64,000 bases of DNA from Candidatus Latescibacterota bacterium (GCA_965203355.1 OZ241889.1:1888001-1952000), one strand, 5' to 3'. Shown: positions 9,882-19,748, counted from the first letter of the stretch. The notes: generated by a model not told the origin, from the sequence alone. A program made the numbers and translations.

Positions 9882-10721
9882 CTATCCCTTTACGGCCCCA
9901 GCCGTCAATCCTTGGACAAAATACCGCTGCAATCCGACAAAGAGCGCGATGGGCGGTAGGCTAAAGATCAAGGATGCGGCGAATAGCTGGTCGTATTTGT
10001 TGACGTATTGGCCTAAAAACGCAGCACGCAACCCCACCGGAATGGTCAGGGCCTGCGATTTGGTGAATACAAAAGCGAACAAGAATTCATTCCACGAAAG
10101 CAAAAAGGCAAAGGTCCCCACCGCCACGATCGCGGGTGCGGCCAGCGGCAGGACGATTCGGTAGAGTAGCTGGAGGCGGTTGCAGCCGTCGATGAGCGCG
10201 GCCTGCTCCAGATCGGTGGGGATGGCGCGGAAATAGCCGTTGAGCAGCCAAGTGCAAAACGGGATGGCAAAGCCGGTGTAGATCAGCACCATGCCCACGT
10301 GCGTGTCGAGCAAGCCGAGCGAGCGAATCACCTGAAAGAGCGGGATGAGGATCGAAGAGCCAGGTAGCATTTGCGACATCACCACTACCATCAGCAACAA
10401 GGTGTTGCCGCGAAAGCGAAAGCGGGCAAACGCATACGCCGCGCAGACGCTAAACCCGAGGGCGATCAGAGCGGTGGAAAGGGAAATCGCCATGCTGTTG
10501 GCAAAGTACTTTACAAACGGCCCGGTGTCCCACATTTCGACGTACGCGCGGAAGGTGAGAGAGCGAGGGAAAACCAGCGGTGGGGTGCGGGTCATCTCGG
10601 ACAGGGGGCGCATGGACGTGGTCACCACCCAAATCAGCGGCATCACCAGCGTGCATACGAAAACCGAGCCTAAGCCGTAGGCGAGATAGGCGCGGACCTT
10701 TTCTTGGGTTTTAATTCGCAT
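9882..10721 (-). CDS. Carbohydrate ABC transporter permease (MalG-type)
   Basis: EAA motif LEQAALIDG, SWNEFL, LQRYFVQGLTAGAVKG. Confidence 0.92.
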   Translation of the reverse strand: MRIKTQEKVRAYLAYGLGSVFVCTLVMPLIWVVTTSMRPLSEMTRTPPLVFPRSLTFRAYVEMWDTGPFVKYFANSMAISLSTALIALGFSVCAAYAFARFRFRGNTLLLMVVVMSQMLPGSSILIPLFQVIRSLGLLDTHVGMVLIYTGFAIPFCTWLLNGYFRAIPTDLEQAALIDGCNRLQLLYRIVLPLAAPAIVAVGTFAFLLSWNEFLFAFVFTKSQALTIPVGLRAAFLGQYVNKYDQLFAASLIFSLPPIALFVGLQRYFVQGLTAGAVKG

Positions 10722-11095
10722 GGCTTTGCATGGGGGCATTGAGAAGGGGTTGGTCGCTCAATGGCATCTCTGATAGTTTGTTCACCCTCGTTGAGGAAGG
10801 ACATTGAAAGATTGTTCCCGTCCAGAGCATAGCACGGCTCATCGGGGTCGTCAATCGCGTTGTTCGGAGAGTATGCACGGGCCACGCCGTGATCTCCGAA
10901 AAAGACTTGGCCATTTGGGCGATACTGGTCGGACTTTTGACATGTTCGGCGACCGCATGGCCAGGATTGCACGATCGGAACTAGGGCTGGCCGCATCATG
11001 GCTAGAGCGGCGGTTTGACCGGGAATGGTTGATACGATACGTTGAGTACGATGGCCTTCTTGGATGAGGCGGCAATGATAGATGGGGACACGTGA

Positions 11096-11413
11096 ATGGA
11101 TATCCGGGACATCATTCGAGCTATAGATTCGCAAAACTATCGCATCACTAGTCATGGAGATGAAGAAGCAGAGAATGATCAACTGGGTTTTGAAGAGATA
11201 TTCTATTCCGTACGCAATGGCGAAATTATCGAAAATTATCCATCAGATCAGCGGCCATTTCCAAGCTGCTTGATATATGGGACAAATGTATATGGAGAGC
11301 CAATCCACAGTGTTTGGGCTTACGATGCAGAGAATCAACGGGCATTTCTCATTACCGTCTATCGCCCCGATCCAACCCGTTGGATCAACTGGCGTGAAAG
11401 GAGGAAAAAGTGA
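11096..11413 (+). CDS. DUF4258-family putative toxin (RelE/BrnT-like RNase)
   Basis: ITSHGDEEA, GEIIENYP, CLIYG, PIHSVW, ITVYRPDP..W; coupled to a YgiT Zn-finger gene; lower GC. Confidence 0.8.
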   Translation: MDIRDIIRAIDSQNYRITSHGDEEAENDQLGFEEIFYSVRNGEIIENYPSDQRPFPSCLIYGTNVYGEPIHSVWAYDAENQRAFLITVYRPDPTRWINWRERRKK

Positions 11414-12519
11414 TGCTTGACAAATGTCCAGTATGTGGAGGCGGGATTGTCAAAAAGCAAGTCAATAAGGTTTTGCGTGAAGGCAATCTCACGGAGAAGG
11501 TAAAAATTCAAGCAGACGTTTGCCTCTGTTGTGGCGAACGCTTTTACGAGCCAGAGGTCATAAAACGCTGCGAAAAGGTTAGAGCAAAACTAGAAAAAAT
11601 GGTTGATTCCCAGACTACATCACGGGAAGGGCTTTTGTGCAAGTTGAGCTATGAGCGCTGGATCCTCAATTTTCTAGAGGAACGCTATGATAGTCCCGAC
11701 AGGAACGTAATCAAGATCACGAGCGGCCAGCCGCCTACTACTATCTCAGATGGTGACACAGAATACGTTTTTACGGACCCAACTTCCTTGGACAAGATAA
11801 TGCCTCTCACTGTCATCGTTTCCTTTAAAGTACTGGATATGATTTTTGAGTGGATGCTCGAAGAGAATAACAAAAGCGTTCCTCGAGGTTTTGGTGAAAA
11901 ACTAAAAGAACTGGGAGAACTGGAGAAGGAATCCGACCGCCAACTTCCGCCTCTCTTCGCAATTCAACCATACCTTTACAACTACTCAAAGGCACTTTTT
12001 TGTAAACTGCTGCCATATCGCAACGAGATCGTGCGTAAGAATGATTTTTCAGTCTTTGAGAACACATTAATTCTATCGAGCTCTAGGTACGGTACCAGTC
12101 TAACCTTGAGCAGCAAACAAGTGGCTTGTCTTGTGCGTTTTGTGAATGCGCTCATTCGTGCGCTGTCGGGAGAAATGGTCGTCAGTGGTTACAAGAACAA
12201 GATGCTTCAGCATTATCTCGACATCCTCGCCTCGGTGCATGAGCAACCGACTTTCAGCCAACAAGAGCCGTGTTTCGTACAGGTCAAATTCGAGGCACCT
12301 AAGTGTGGGGCAGGCTTTCCAGTCGATCTGAAACAAGTACGGGATAGGCTTGAGTCCAAATTCCCGCAACAAGAAGTGATTTTCGACCTTAAAGTGCGAG
12401 CAGTAGAGGACGAGAATCCCATCGCAGAATGGTACTTCGCACCCGAGGAAGTGCCAGATTTGGACTTGATGATCTTGTACGAAGAGTCGCACAAGAAGAA
12501 CCGAGTGTCCTTAGTTTGA
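11410..12519 (+). CDS. YgiT-type Zn-finger antitoxin fused to a ~300-aa HEPN-like domain
   Basis: CPVCGG...ADVCLCCGERFY in the first 65 aa; helical C-terminal domain with YRNEIVR (the HEPN call is tentative). Confidence 0.6.
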   Translation: MMLDKCPVCGGGIVKKQVNKVLREGNLTEKVKIQADVCLCCGERFYEPEVIKRCEKVRAKLEKMVDSQTTSREGLLCKLSYERWILNFLEERYDSPDRNVIKITSGQPPTTISDGDTEYVFTDPTSLDKIMPLTVIVSFKVLDMIFEWMLEENNKSVPRGFGEKLKELGELEKESDRQLPPLFAIQPYLYNYSKALFCKLLPYRNEIVRKNDFSVFENTLILSSSRYGTSLTLSSKQVACLVRFVNALIRALSGEMVVSGYKNKMLQHYLDILASVHEQPTFSQQEPCFVQVKFEAPKCGAGFPVDLKQVRDRLESKFPQQEVIFDLKVRAVEDENPIAEWYFAPEEVPDLDLMILYEESHKKNRVSLV

Positions 12520-12686
12520 TTATGTCGCTGGTGAAGGTATTGGCGAACATCCTTCAAAGCCAAGCTGTCTTCTGAAGACCTACATCAGCATCGTCGAGGG
12601 ACGTCCAGCGAGCTCTGAAGGCAAGACTCCCTCCTTTCGAGATTTTTCATTCGCTCAATTGACAGCCCCCAGAATTTTCCCGCTTC

Positions 12687-13592
12687 TCAATTCGCATCCC
12701 CGCTCCTCCTCTCGGCGCGGAAGAGTACGCGAATGAAGACCATACTCAGCGTCAGCAAAAAGAGCAGCAGAATGAGTGCTGCGGCCGCGCCCTTGCCGAG
12801 CCGCAGGTGTTCAAAGGCGATGCGATAGACCGTGATCGGCACCACTTGCGTGGCCTTGGCCGGGCCGCCCTCGGTCATTATGAAGATCAGCGCGAAGTCG
12901 TTGACCATCCAGATGGTGGCGAAGAGAAAGACCACCCCGATCACGTGTTTGAGCTGCGGCAGCGTCACGTGGAAGAAGCGCTCGAACACGTTGGCCCCAT
13001 CAACGTGCGCGGCTTCGTACAGCTCGGCGGACACGCCCTGCAAACCGGCGAGCAGCATGATGGTGATATAGGGCATGAAGCGCCAGACGTTGGCCACCAC
13101 CACCGCGCCCATAGCCGCGTCGGGTTGCGCCAGCCACGGGACATTGGCGTCGATGAAGCCGAGGCTCCTGAGCGCGTGATTGACGAGGCCGAAGCTGTCG
13201 TGGAAAAGCCAGCGCCACATGTAGCCGGTTACGACCGGAGCGATGGCCCAGGGGATGAGCAGAAAGCCGGTAAAGACGGGCCGATACTTCTTGATCTCGT
13301 TGAAGATCAGCACCATTCCCAAGCCTAGAACGAAGGCCACCGGCAGGGAGTACAGCGTAAAGCGCATCGAGCTCCAGATGCTGTTGACGAAGGTGCGGCT
13401 GCCGAAGAGCTTGGCGTAGTGGGTCAGGCCGATGAACTCGTCGCCAGCACCGCGGAAGAGCTTCACCTTGTACAAGCTCACGATCAGGTTGCTGAACACC
13501 GGGTAGAGAATGACGACCGCCAAGACCAGCATGGCCGGCAGCAAGAAATAGTACGGCGTCAGGTTTTTGCGCCATGCACCGCTAGTAATCAC
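12687..13592 (-). CDS. Carbohydrate ABC transporter permease (MalF-type)
   Basis: LAGLQ..ELYEAAHVDGA, HVTLPQL, MTEGGP. Confidence 0.92.
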   Translation of the reverse strand: MITSGAWRKNLTPYYFLLPAMLVLAVVILYPVFSNLIVSLYKVKLFRGAGDEFIGLTHYAKLFGSRTFVNSIWSSMRFTLYSLPVAFVLGLGMVLIFNEIKKYRPVFTGFLLIPWAIAPVVTGYMWRWLFHDSFGLVNHALRSLGFIDANVPWLAQPDAAMGAVVVANVWRFMPYITIMLLAGLQGVSAELYEAAHVDGANVFERFFHVTLPQLKHVIGVVFLFATIWMVNDFALIFIMTEGGPAKATQVVPITVYRIAFEHLRLGKGAAAALILLLFLLTLSMVFIRVLFRAERRSGDAN

Positions 13593-14847
13593 GCAGCACC
13601 TCGTTTACTTCTTCGGCGGCAAAATCTAGGGCCTCCTTATGGCTTAGCGAGCCGGTCAGCGCCATATTGACCGCGTCGGCCAGGTGCCGCTGGACTTGGG
13701 TAATCGCCGGATGCCCCGGCCAGCCCAGCCCATTGGCCCCGGCCGTGGCGAGCTGGTCTAGGTCGATGTAATCGGACTGAACGCCTTCGGCATAGGCCGC
13801 CTTTAGCGTGGGAATGCCGCCCATGGTTGGGTTGGGGTTGCGCCAGACCGGATGGTCCAAGTTGAGCGCTTTGACCACTTCCCAGGCTTCGTTGGGCACT
13901 TGGGTGTAGCCGGTGATGGCGATCATAATTACGTCGAGCAACGTCCGCGATGGATGGGGTTCCAGCGGCTCGGCCGGGCCGGGCACTTGCGCCAGCGCCA
14001 GATTGTTTAGATCGAAGTCGTAGTTGCCGTGGACGATATCCTGCCACCACGGCCCTTCAATCGACAGCGCGGCCTTGCCGGTCGACCAGTGCGCGGCATT
14101 CTCGTCGAAGCGATAGGCCGCGCTGCCAGCCGGTAAATAGCCCTTGTTTTTCATCTCCACTAAAAACTCCAGCGCGGCCTGCCCGGCCGGGCCGTTAAAG
14201 GCCGCAGCCGACCAGTCCTCGTTCAAGACGCGCCCGCCCGCTTTGTACAGCAGCGGCAAGAAGCGGTAGGCCGTGTCCAGATTGACGCCTCCAGGGATGG
14301 TAAAAGGCTCGATCCCGGCCCCCGCGAATCTTGGCCCGAGTGCCAGCATTTCGTCCCAAGTCGTGGGCACTTCGAGGCCCAGCCGCTCCATAATTTCGGT
14401 GTTGACCGCCAGGACGAAAGGCAGCATGGTCACGGGCAGGCCGTAGTGTTGGCCGTCGTATTGGACCAGCTCCCAGACGTTGTCGAGGACGCGCTCTTTG
14501 ACTTGGGGAAAGTCAGGGAAATTCTCCAGCGCGTACAAGCCGCCCAACTCGCCGAACTCCACCGAGTACTTGTGATGTACGCGCACGATATCCGGCCCAG
14601 CGCCGACGATGGTGGTGCTGATCAAGCTCTCGCGCTGGGTCGCCCAGTCGCGAAATTCCAACTCGATTTGGATGTTGCGGCGCGTGGCGTTGAAGTCGGC
14701 CACGGCCTGCTGCACCCATTCGCGCAGACCCGGCACCCCGCCGAACTCCCACAACACCACCGTGGTTGGCTCGCCGGGACGCGGGCGGTCGTCGCCGCCG
14801 CAGGCGATCAGGCCCACGAGGAGGGGAACTAGTATTCTTTTGTACAT
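13582..14847 (-). CDS. Carbohydrate ABC transporter substrate-binding lipoprotein (SBP family 1)
   Basis: Lipobox LIAC, GPDI, YGLP, PTTWDE, GKAAL.IEGPW. Confidence 0.9.
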   Translation of the reverse strand: MYKRILVPLLVGLIACGGDDRPRPGEPTTVVLWEFGGVPGLREWVQQAVADFNATRRNIQIELEFRDWATQRESLISTTIVGAGPDIVRVHHKYSVEFGELGGLYALENFPDFPQVKERVLDNVWELVQYDGQHYGLPVTMLPFVLAVNTEIMERLGLEVPTTWDEMLALGPRFAGAGIEPFTIPGGVNLDTAYRFLPLLYKAGGRVLNEDWSAAAFNGPAGQAALEFLVEMKNKGYLPAGSAAYRFDENAAHWSTGKAALSIEGPWWQDIVHGNYDFDLNNLALAQVPGPAEPLEPHPSRTLLDVIMIAITGYTQVPNEAWEVVKALNLDHPVWRNPNPTMGGIPTLKAAYAEGVQSDYIDLDQLATAGANGLGWPGHPAITQVQRHLADAVNMALTGSLSHKEALDFAAEEVNEVLRDY

Positions 14848-15020
14848 ACGAACAGCATATGCAATATGCAGGTCAATAATCCGCCGAAATTTTGGCCACT
14901 TGGTCGGCCGCCAGTTTATAGTAGCCAAAGCACGAATGGCCCACAATACGGGCCGCGCCGGCTGGACATGGCTGGCCGTATTCATTACTAATGAAAGCCA
15001 ACCCTCATCCAATAAGGCTT

Positions 15021-15767
15021 ATGCAAAATATCCTCGTCACCGGGGCTACGGGTCTGATCGGCACGGCCGCTGTCGCCAGCCTACGCACTCGTTATACCGT
15101 ACGCGCCCTCAACCGTCGCCCGCTTCGGCACATCGACTGCCACCAAGCCGACATCGCCGATATCGACGCCATCCGCCCGGCCTTTGCCGGGATCGACGCG
15201 GTCGTCCATCTCGCCGCTCAGATCGACAACGATATGGCGGCGATTTTCCGCGCCAACTTGCAGGGGACCAGCAATGTCTTTGCCGCGGCCTGCGAGGCTG
15301 GGGTGCGCCGTGTGCTCTTCGCCAGCAGCGGGTCGGTCATGGGCGGCTATGCCGCGCGCTCCCCCTACCAGGAACTGCTGGCTGGCGAGTACGACCAAGT
15401 GCCCGCCGAGTGGCCGCTGCTGACCGCGCAGTCGCCCCTGCGGCCAACGGGCCTGTACGCGGCCAGCAAGGTCTGGGGCGAGGAGTTGGGCCGCGAGTAC
15501 GCTTTGGCCCATGGCCTGTCCGTCCTCTGTCTGCGCTTTGGCCGCGTCAACCCGGAAAACCGCCCGACCCATTCCCGCGAGTACTGCGTCTGGTGTAGCC
15601 AGCGCGACGCCGTGCAGATGATCGAAAAGTGCCTTGCCGCTCCCCTCGACTTATCCTTTGATACTTTCTTCGTCAACTCGGACAACAAATGGGGCTACCG
15701 CGACTTAGAACACGCGCGCCAAACGGTGGGCTTTGTGCCCGCGGACCGAGCCGAAGACTACCGCTGA
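15021..15767 (+). CDS. NAD-dependent epimerase / uronate dehydrogenase-like protein
   Basis: ILVTGATGLIG, FASS, YAASKVWGE, CLRFG, WCSQRD. Confidence 0.85.
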   Translation: MQNILVTGATGLIGTAAVASLRTRYTVRALNRRPLRHIDCHQADIADIDAIRPAFAGIDAVVHLAAQIDNDMAAIFRANLQGTSNVFAAACEAGVRRVLFASSGSVMGGYAARSPYQELLAGEYDQVPAEWPLLTAQSPLRPTGLYAASKVWGEELGREYALAHGLSVLCLRFGRVNPENRPTHSREYCVWCSQRDAVQMIEKCLAAPLDLSFDTFFVNSDNKWGYRDLEHARQTVGFVPADRAEDYR

Positions 15768-15778
15768 GGAGAAAATTC

Positions 15779-16600
15779 ATGCTGCTTTTTGCTCTGGGCG
15801 CGATTTGGTTTGCGGCCTCTGCCGCCTACGCGGACATGCCCATCAACGCCCCCTTGCTGGAGACGGCCCCGACCATTGACGGCGATCTCGCCGAGTGGAA
15901 GGACCGCGCCCACAACGACGGCGTCTGGGACATGCGCCGCATCAGCGAGGCTAGCTTCTACCGCCTCGATCGCGGTGCGCGCAACCGCCTCACCGATCAC
16001 GGGGGTGAGCCGCACCTCGAAGACGACTTGCGCGCCCGCTATTACATTGCTTGGGACGCGCAAAATTTCTACTTCGGGGCCGAGGTCTGGGACAATGTCA
16101 ACGACCTCGACGACCCCGAGCCGGCGGACAAACGCTGGTATTTCAAGGATGCGATTTGCTGGTTTATGGAAGGCCCGCGCGACCGAGCCAATGAGCGTTT
16201 TGGCCAAGGCGACAACGCCTTCTGCTTTGTGGCCGACCCGCAGCGCACGCCGCAGAACGCTTGGTGGCGGCACGGTGCGCCCGGCCGGAGCTACATTGAA
16301 GAGCCGATCCCCGAGGCCGCTTGCGACTACGTCGTGCGCCTGGATCCTTGGGGACGGAGCGCGGCTGATTTCATTTTGGAGGCCCGCGTGGATATGCACG
16401 CGACTTTTGCTCAGAGTGACCCCCGCTGGCAGCCGCCGCAAGTGGGCGACGAATACAGCATGGAAATCGTCCACACCGACCCAGACGGCGGCGCGTACGG
16501 CGGGCACTTCATGATTTACGGCAACGGCGACGACGACAACACGTGGGGCCGGATGATTTTGGTCGGTCCGCGAATGCCGATTGGGCGGCGCGCCGAGTAG
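15779..16600 (+). CDS. Secreted protein with a CBM9/DOMON-like sugar-binding fold
   Basis: Signal peptide, PTIDGDLAEW, IAWDAQNFYFGAEVWD. Confidence 0.6.
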   Translation: MLLFALGAIWFAASAAYADMPINAPLLETAPTIDGDLAEWKDRAHNDGVWDMRRISEASFYRLDRGARNRLTDHGGEPHLEDDLRARYYIAWDAQNFYFGAEVWDNVNDLDDPEPADKRWYFKDAICWFMEGPRDRANERFGQGDNAFCFVADPQRTPQNAWWRHGAPGRSYIEEPIPEAACDYVVRLDPWGRSAADFILEARVDMHATFAQSDPRWQPPQVGDEYSMEIVHTDPDGGAYGGHFMIYGNGDDDNTWGRMILVGPRMPIGRRAE

Positions 16601-16668
16601 GCGAGATTTTGGCCGCAGGTCGATGCTGATTTTTTGCACCTCTTGATTAAGGAAAAGGAGTTTCCGCC

Positions 16669-17166
16669 ATGAAAATGAAGCATATCGCCTCGTTGCCGCT
16701 GGCTGTCGTCTTTGCCGGGTTGCTCGTTCCAGACGCATCCCTTGCCTGTAGCTGTGAAACGCTGGAATCCGCGCTGGAAGCGTTGGCGTATCACGATGCT
16801 GTATTCACCGGGAGGGTCGTGGAGGTCGCAGAAGCCCCGGAAGATGATTTGTATGTTTTGTTCAAACTATCCGCCGTGTGGAAGGGAGAGCTTCGAGAGG
16901 ATGTTGCCATCCGAACCTACCGAGACGAAGCCGGCTGCGGCTACTACTTTGAGGTGGGTGGCGAGTACCTCGTGTACTCTTCCCTCCACAAGGGCACGCT
17001 CTACACGTCAATCTGTACTCGCACGAATCGTCTCGCCGCGGCAACCGACGACGTAGAGCAACTTGGGGAGCCCATGTTCCGCAGGGTTGCGACCTCGGTT
17101 GACCGCATGAGTTGGGGAGGCGTAAAACGGGGTCTCCTCTTGGCAACCCTGAAGGTCTTAAAGTAG
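16669..17166 (+). CDS. Secreted TIMP/NTR-like (CSC motif) protein
   Basis: Signal peptide then ACSC, VFTGRV, CGYYF..GGEYLVY, CTRT; C-terminal TSV..SWGGVK. Confidence 0.7.
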   Translation: MKMKHIASLPLAVVFAGLLVPDASLACSCETLESALEALAYHDAVFTGRVVEVAEAPEDDLYVLFKLSAVWKGELREDVAIRTYRDEAGCGYYFEVGGEYLVYSSLHKGTLYTSICTRTNRLAAATDDVEQLGEPMFRRVATSVDRMSWGGVKRGLLLATLKVLK

Positions 17167-17610
17167 ATTTCGAATTGTTTTGAGTCGGCCAGCAGGATGC
17201 CCTAATCACAAGGAGCATGGGCAAGCCTAAGCCAAGAAAATTGCGGCGAGACTAACTTGGTGCGCCCGTGCTGCAAAGGAACGCGCCCGCAGGTGAAGTT
17301 CGTCGCGCTAAGGCAGGGCAATAGAAGACGATATTGATGCGGACGAGACGATTCACTGTGCGCGCTAGTGTGAGTGTTGGACAGCTTTTGCGATTATAGT
17401 CGGACAGCGTGCGTCAAAGTGCTGGGCCAGCGCCCATTTATCTTTGAGGACAAAGCACTCTTGGCTAACACGTCTGCACAACTACCAGCACGAGAAAGGG
17501 CGAAAAGGCCGGTGCTTCTAACGCTTGGTTGTTTGCCATGCGACCGATGCCGAAAGAGTCGCGTTCTACGCGCGCTCGCGTTTCAAAGGCTTATTCGTTG
17601 GTGTGGGTGT

Positions 17611-17871
17611 TCATGGAAGAGGCACTCTTTTCTTTTTCGGCTCGTGAGCAACACCGAGCAAGCCGTCAATAGACAGGTCTTCGTCGAGCAGAGGCCAGTG
17701 AATACCGTAGCCCGAAGGAGAGATTTCAAAGCGGTTTTTTTCTTTTTTTGCCGCGTTTTGCAGGACGGGGGATATTTCACTCACTCGAAAGGTTTTTTCT
17801 CGGCCATTGATAGTCAGAATCATGCAATCTCCGTCGAAGTGCAGTCCGGTCACTTGATAATGTTTTTTCAT
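17611..17871 (-). CDS. DUF2442-family protein (putative TA component)
   Basis: SPSGYGIHWPLLDEDLSIDGLL; TAATG overlap with the upstream DUF4160 gene. Confidence 0.8.
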   Translation of the reverse strand: MKKHYQVTGLHFDGDCMILTINGREKTFRVSEISPVLQNAAKKEKNRFEISPSGYGIHWPLLDEDLSIDGLLGVAHEPKKKRVPLP

Positions 17872-18053
17872 TACTGACGCCTCCGCTGAAATTCTTCCCA
17901 TTGCTGTTCAAAAATTACCTTCTTGATTTCTCGTCTATCCCGTGGAGACACATTATAAGCGTAGGCTTCTTCGAGATCAAAATTTTCCCGATCAAGCCAG
18001 TACTTACATTCCCTCTCCCCCTTTTGACAGTGAATATGAATGGGTTCATTCAC
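17871..18053 (-). pseudogene. Truncated DUF4160-family gene
   Basis: NEPIHIH..ECKYWL..EIKKVIF..WEEF; the usual MPT..G.RFFFYS N-terminus is absent. Confidence 0.65.
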
Positions 18054-18140
18054 AAATTCTTTCGTCGCTAGGCTGGCTCGACAGACCGCCTTGGGAGGGC
18101 GATATTGAGCGCGCCCCCTCTTTTTTTAAGGAGTAACAGT

Positions 18141-19748
18141 ATGAGTAAGGTAGAAAAGATCGGCTGGCACGCCGAGAGCAAAACCGGCGTCATCGCCGCT
18201 GGCGGTGCCGGTGCCGTGGCCGCTGGCCTTGAAATCCTCGGCGCGGGCGGCAATGCGGCCGATGCGGCCGCCGCCGCGATTTTCGCGCTCAACGTCACCG
18301 ATCACGGAGCCTGTTCTATCGGCGGGGAAGTGCCGGTGCTCGTCTGGGACGGCAAGGCCGTTAAGTCGCTGTCCGGCCAAGGGCGTGCGCCGCTGTCGCC
18401 GGAGGCCATTGCTTGGTACATGGAACGCGGCATCCCGGACCACGACATCAAGATGGCTCCGGTGCCCTCGGTCGTGGATTTGTGCATGACCCTTTTGCAG
18501 CAATACGGTACGCAGAGCTTTGCCGCGATTGTCGCGCCGACCTTGGCCTTGCTCGACAAAGGCGAGGAGGCGTGGCATCCAGACCTGGCGCGGACGCTGC
18601 GGCGCATGGTGGCGGAGGAACACCGCGCCACCGGCAATCGCCAAGAGAAGCTGCAAGCGGCTTGCGATCACTTCTATGGTCGCCGCGCCGAGCAGGGCGA
18701 TATAGCCGAGGACTTAGAGGCATTTTACCTAGAGCAGGGCGGGTTCTTGCGCCGCGCGGATCTGGCTGCCCATAGGACTTTGATCGAGGAGCCGGTGGTC
18801 GTTGATTACCGGGGCTACCAAGTGTACAAGTGCGGCCCGTGGACCCAAGGCCCTTATCTGTGCCAAGCCTTGCGCCTGCTCGAAGGGTTTGATCTCAAAA
18901 GCATGGGGCATGGCTCGGCCGACTACATCCACGCGGTCACCGAAGCGATGAAACTGGCCATGGCCGACCGCGACGCGCACTACGGCGACCCCTTGTTCGT
19001 GGATGTGCCGATGAACGCTTTGCTGTCCGATCAATATACCCAACTCCGGCGGCCCCTGATCGACATGGAGCAAGCCGCGCTAGACGCCCGCCCCGGCGAC
19101 CCGCACGGCATGAAGGTGGTGCAGGAAGGGGGGGCGTTTCGGCCCGGCGTCGGCGGCACCACCACGTGCGTGGTGGCCGACCGCTGGGGCATGGTCGTAT
19201 CGGCCACGCCGAGCGCGAATGTCTATCACGCTGGCGGCACCGGCCGTACGGGCGTCTCGTATGGCAACCGGTTGCGCAGCCTCAACACGACGCCCGGACA
19301 CCCCAATTGTATCGCGCCGGGCAAGCGACCCCGCATCACCCTGACCCCTACGCTGGTGCTCGAGGATGGCGCGCCCGTGTTGGCCATCAGCGTGGCGGGC
19401 GGCGACTTGCAAGATCAGGCGACTTTGAACCTGTTGCTCGACTTTGTGGAGTTTGGGATGCGGCCAGCCGAAGCGGTCGTTGCGCCGCGCTTTGCCACGG
19501 ACCACTACGAGGACTCGTTTGATCCCAATCCAGTGCGCGCGCAGACGTTTGTACAGGCATGCTCGCTGGCCATCAGCTCGGCTGTCGATGCAGAGGTCCG
19601 CGACGAACTGGCGCGGCGCGGCCATCAGGTCGAGGCCCGCAACGGCCCCATTGCCGCTCCGGTCATGCTGTGGGCCGACGCGGGCGCGTACTACGCGGCG
19701 GGCGATCCAGCGGCGGGTCGCCACGCGGCCGGGTTGGATGGGGACTAG
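18141..19748 (+). CDS. Gamma-glutamyltransferase family (Ntn hydrolase)
   Basis: GGNAADAAAA, ADRD..YGDP, catalytic GTTT, PGKRPRITLTP, GGDLQDQ; AAGGAG RBS. Confidence 0.9.
   Translation: MSKVEKIGWHAESKTGVIAAGGAGAVAAGLEILGAGGNAADAAAAAIFALNVTDHGACSIGGEVPVLVWDGKAVKSLSGQGRAPLSPEAIAWYMERGIPDHDIKMAPVPSVVDLCMTLLQQYGTQSFAAIVAPTLALLDKGEEAWHPDLARTLRRMVAEEHRATGNRQEKLQAACDHFYGRRAEQGDIAEDLEAFYLEQGGFLRRADLAAHRTLIEEPVVVDYRGYQVYKCGPWTQGPYLCQALRLLEGFDLKSMGHGSADYIHAVTEAMKLAMADRDAHYGDPLFVDVPMNALLSDQYTQLRRPLIDMEQAALDARPGDPHGMKVVQEGGAFRPGVGGTTTCVVADRWGMVVSATPSANVYHAGGTGRTGVSYGNRLRSLNTTPGHPNCIAPGKRPRITLTPTLVLEDGAPVLAISVAGGDLQDQATLNLLLDFVEFGMRPAEAVVAPRFATDHYEDSFDPNPVRAQTFVQACSLAISSAVDAEVRDELARRGHQVEARNGPIAAPVMLWADAGAYYAAGDPAAGRHAAGLDGD

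Noticed and set aside
10740-11090. Short ORFs in the left part of the cargo
   Set aside because: Several overlapping frames with no RBS or motif; probably a gene fragment that cannot be identified by eye
17200-17520. IS/transposase remnant
   Set aside because: No DDE/HUH motif or terminal inverted repeats recognised
18090-18130. Riboswitch or attenuator before ggt (GC hairpin followed by a T-run)
   Set aside because: Imperfect stem and no recognisable aptamer; the T-run abuts the RBS
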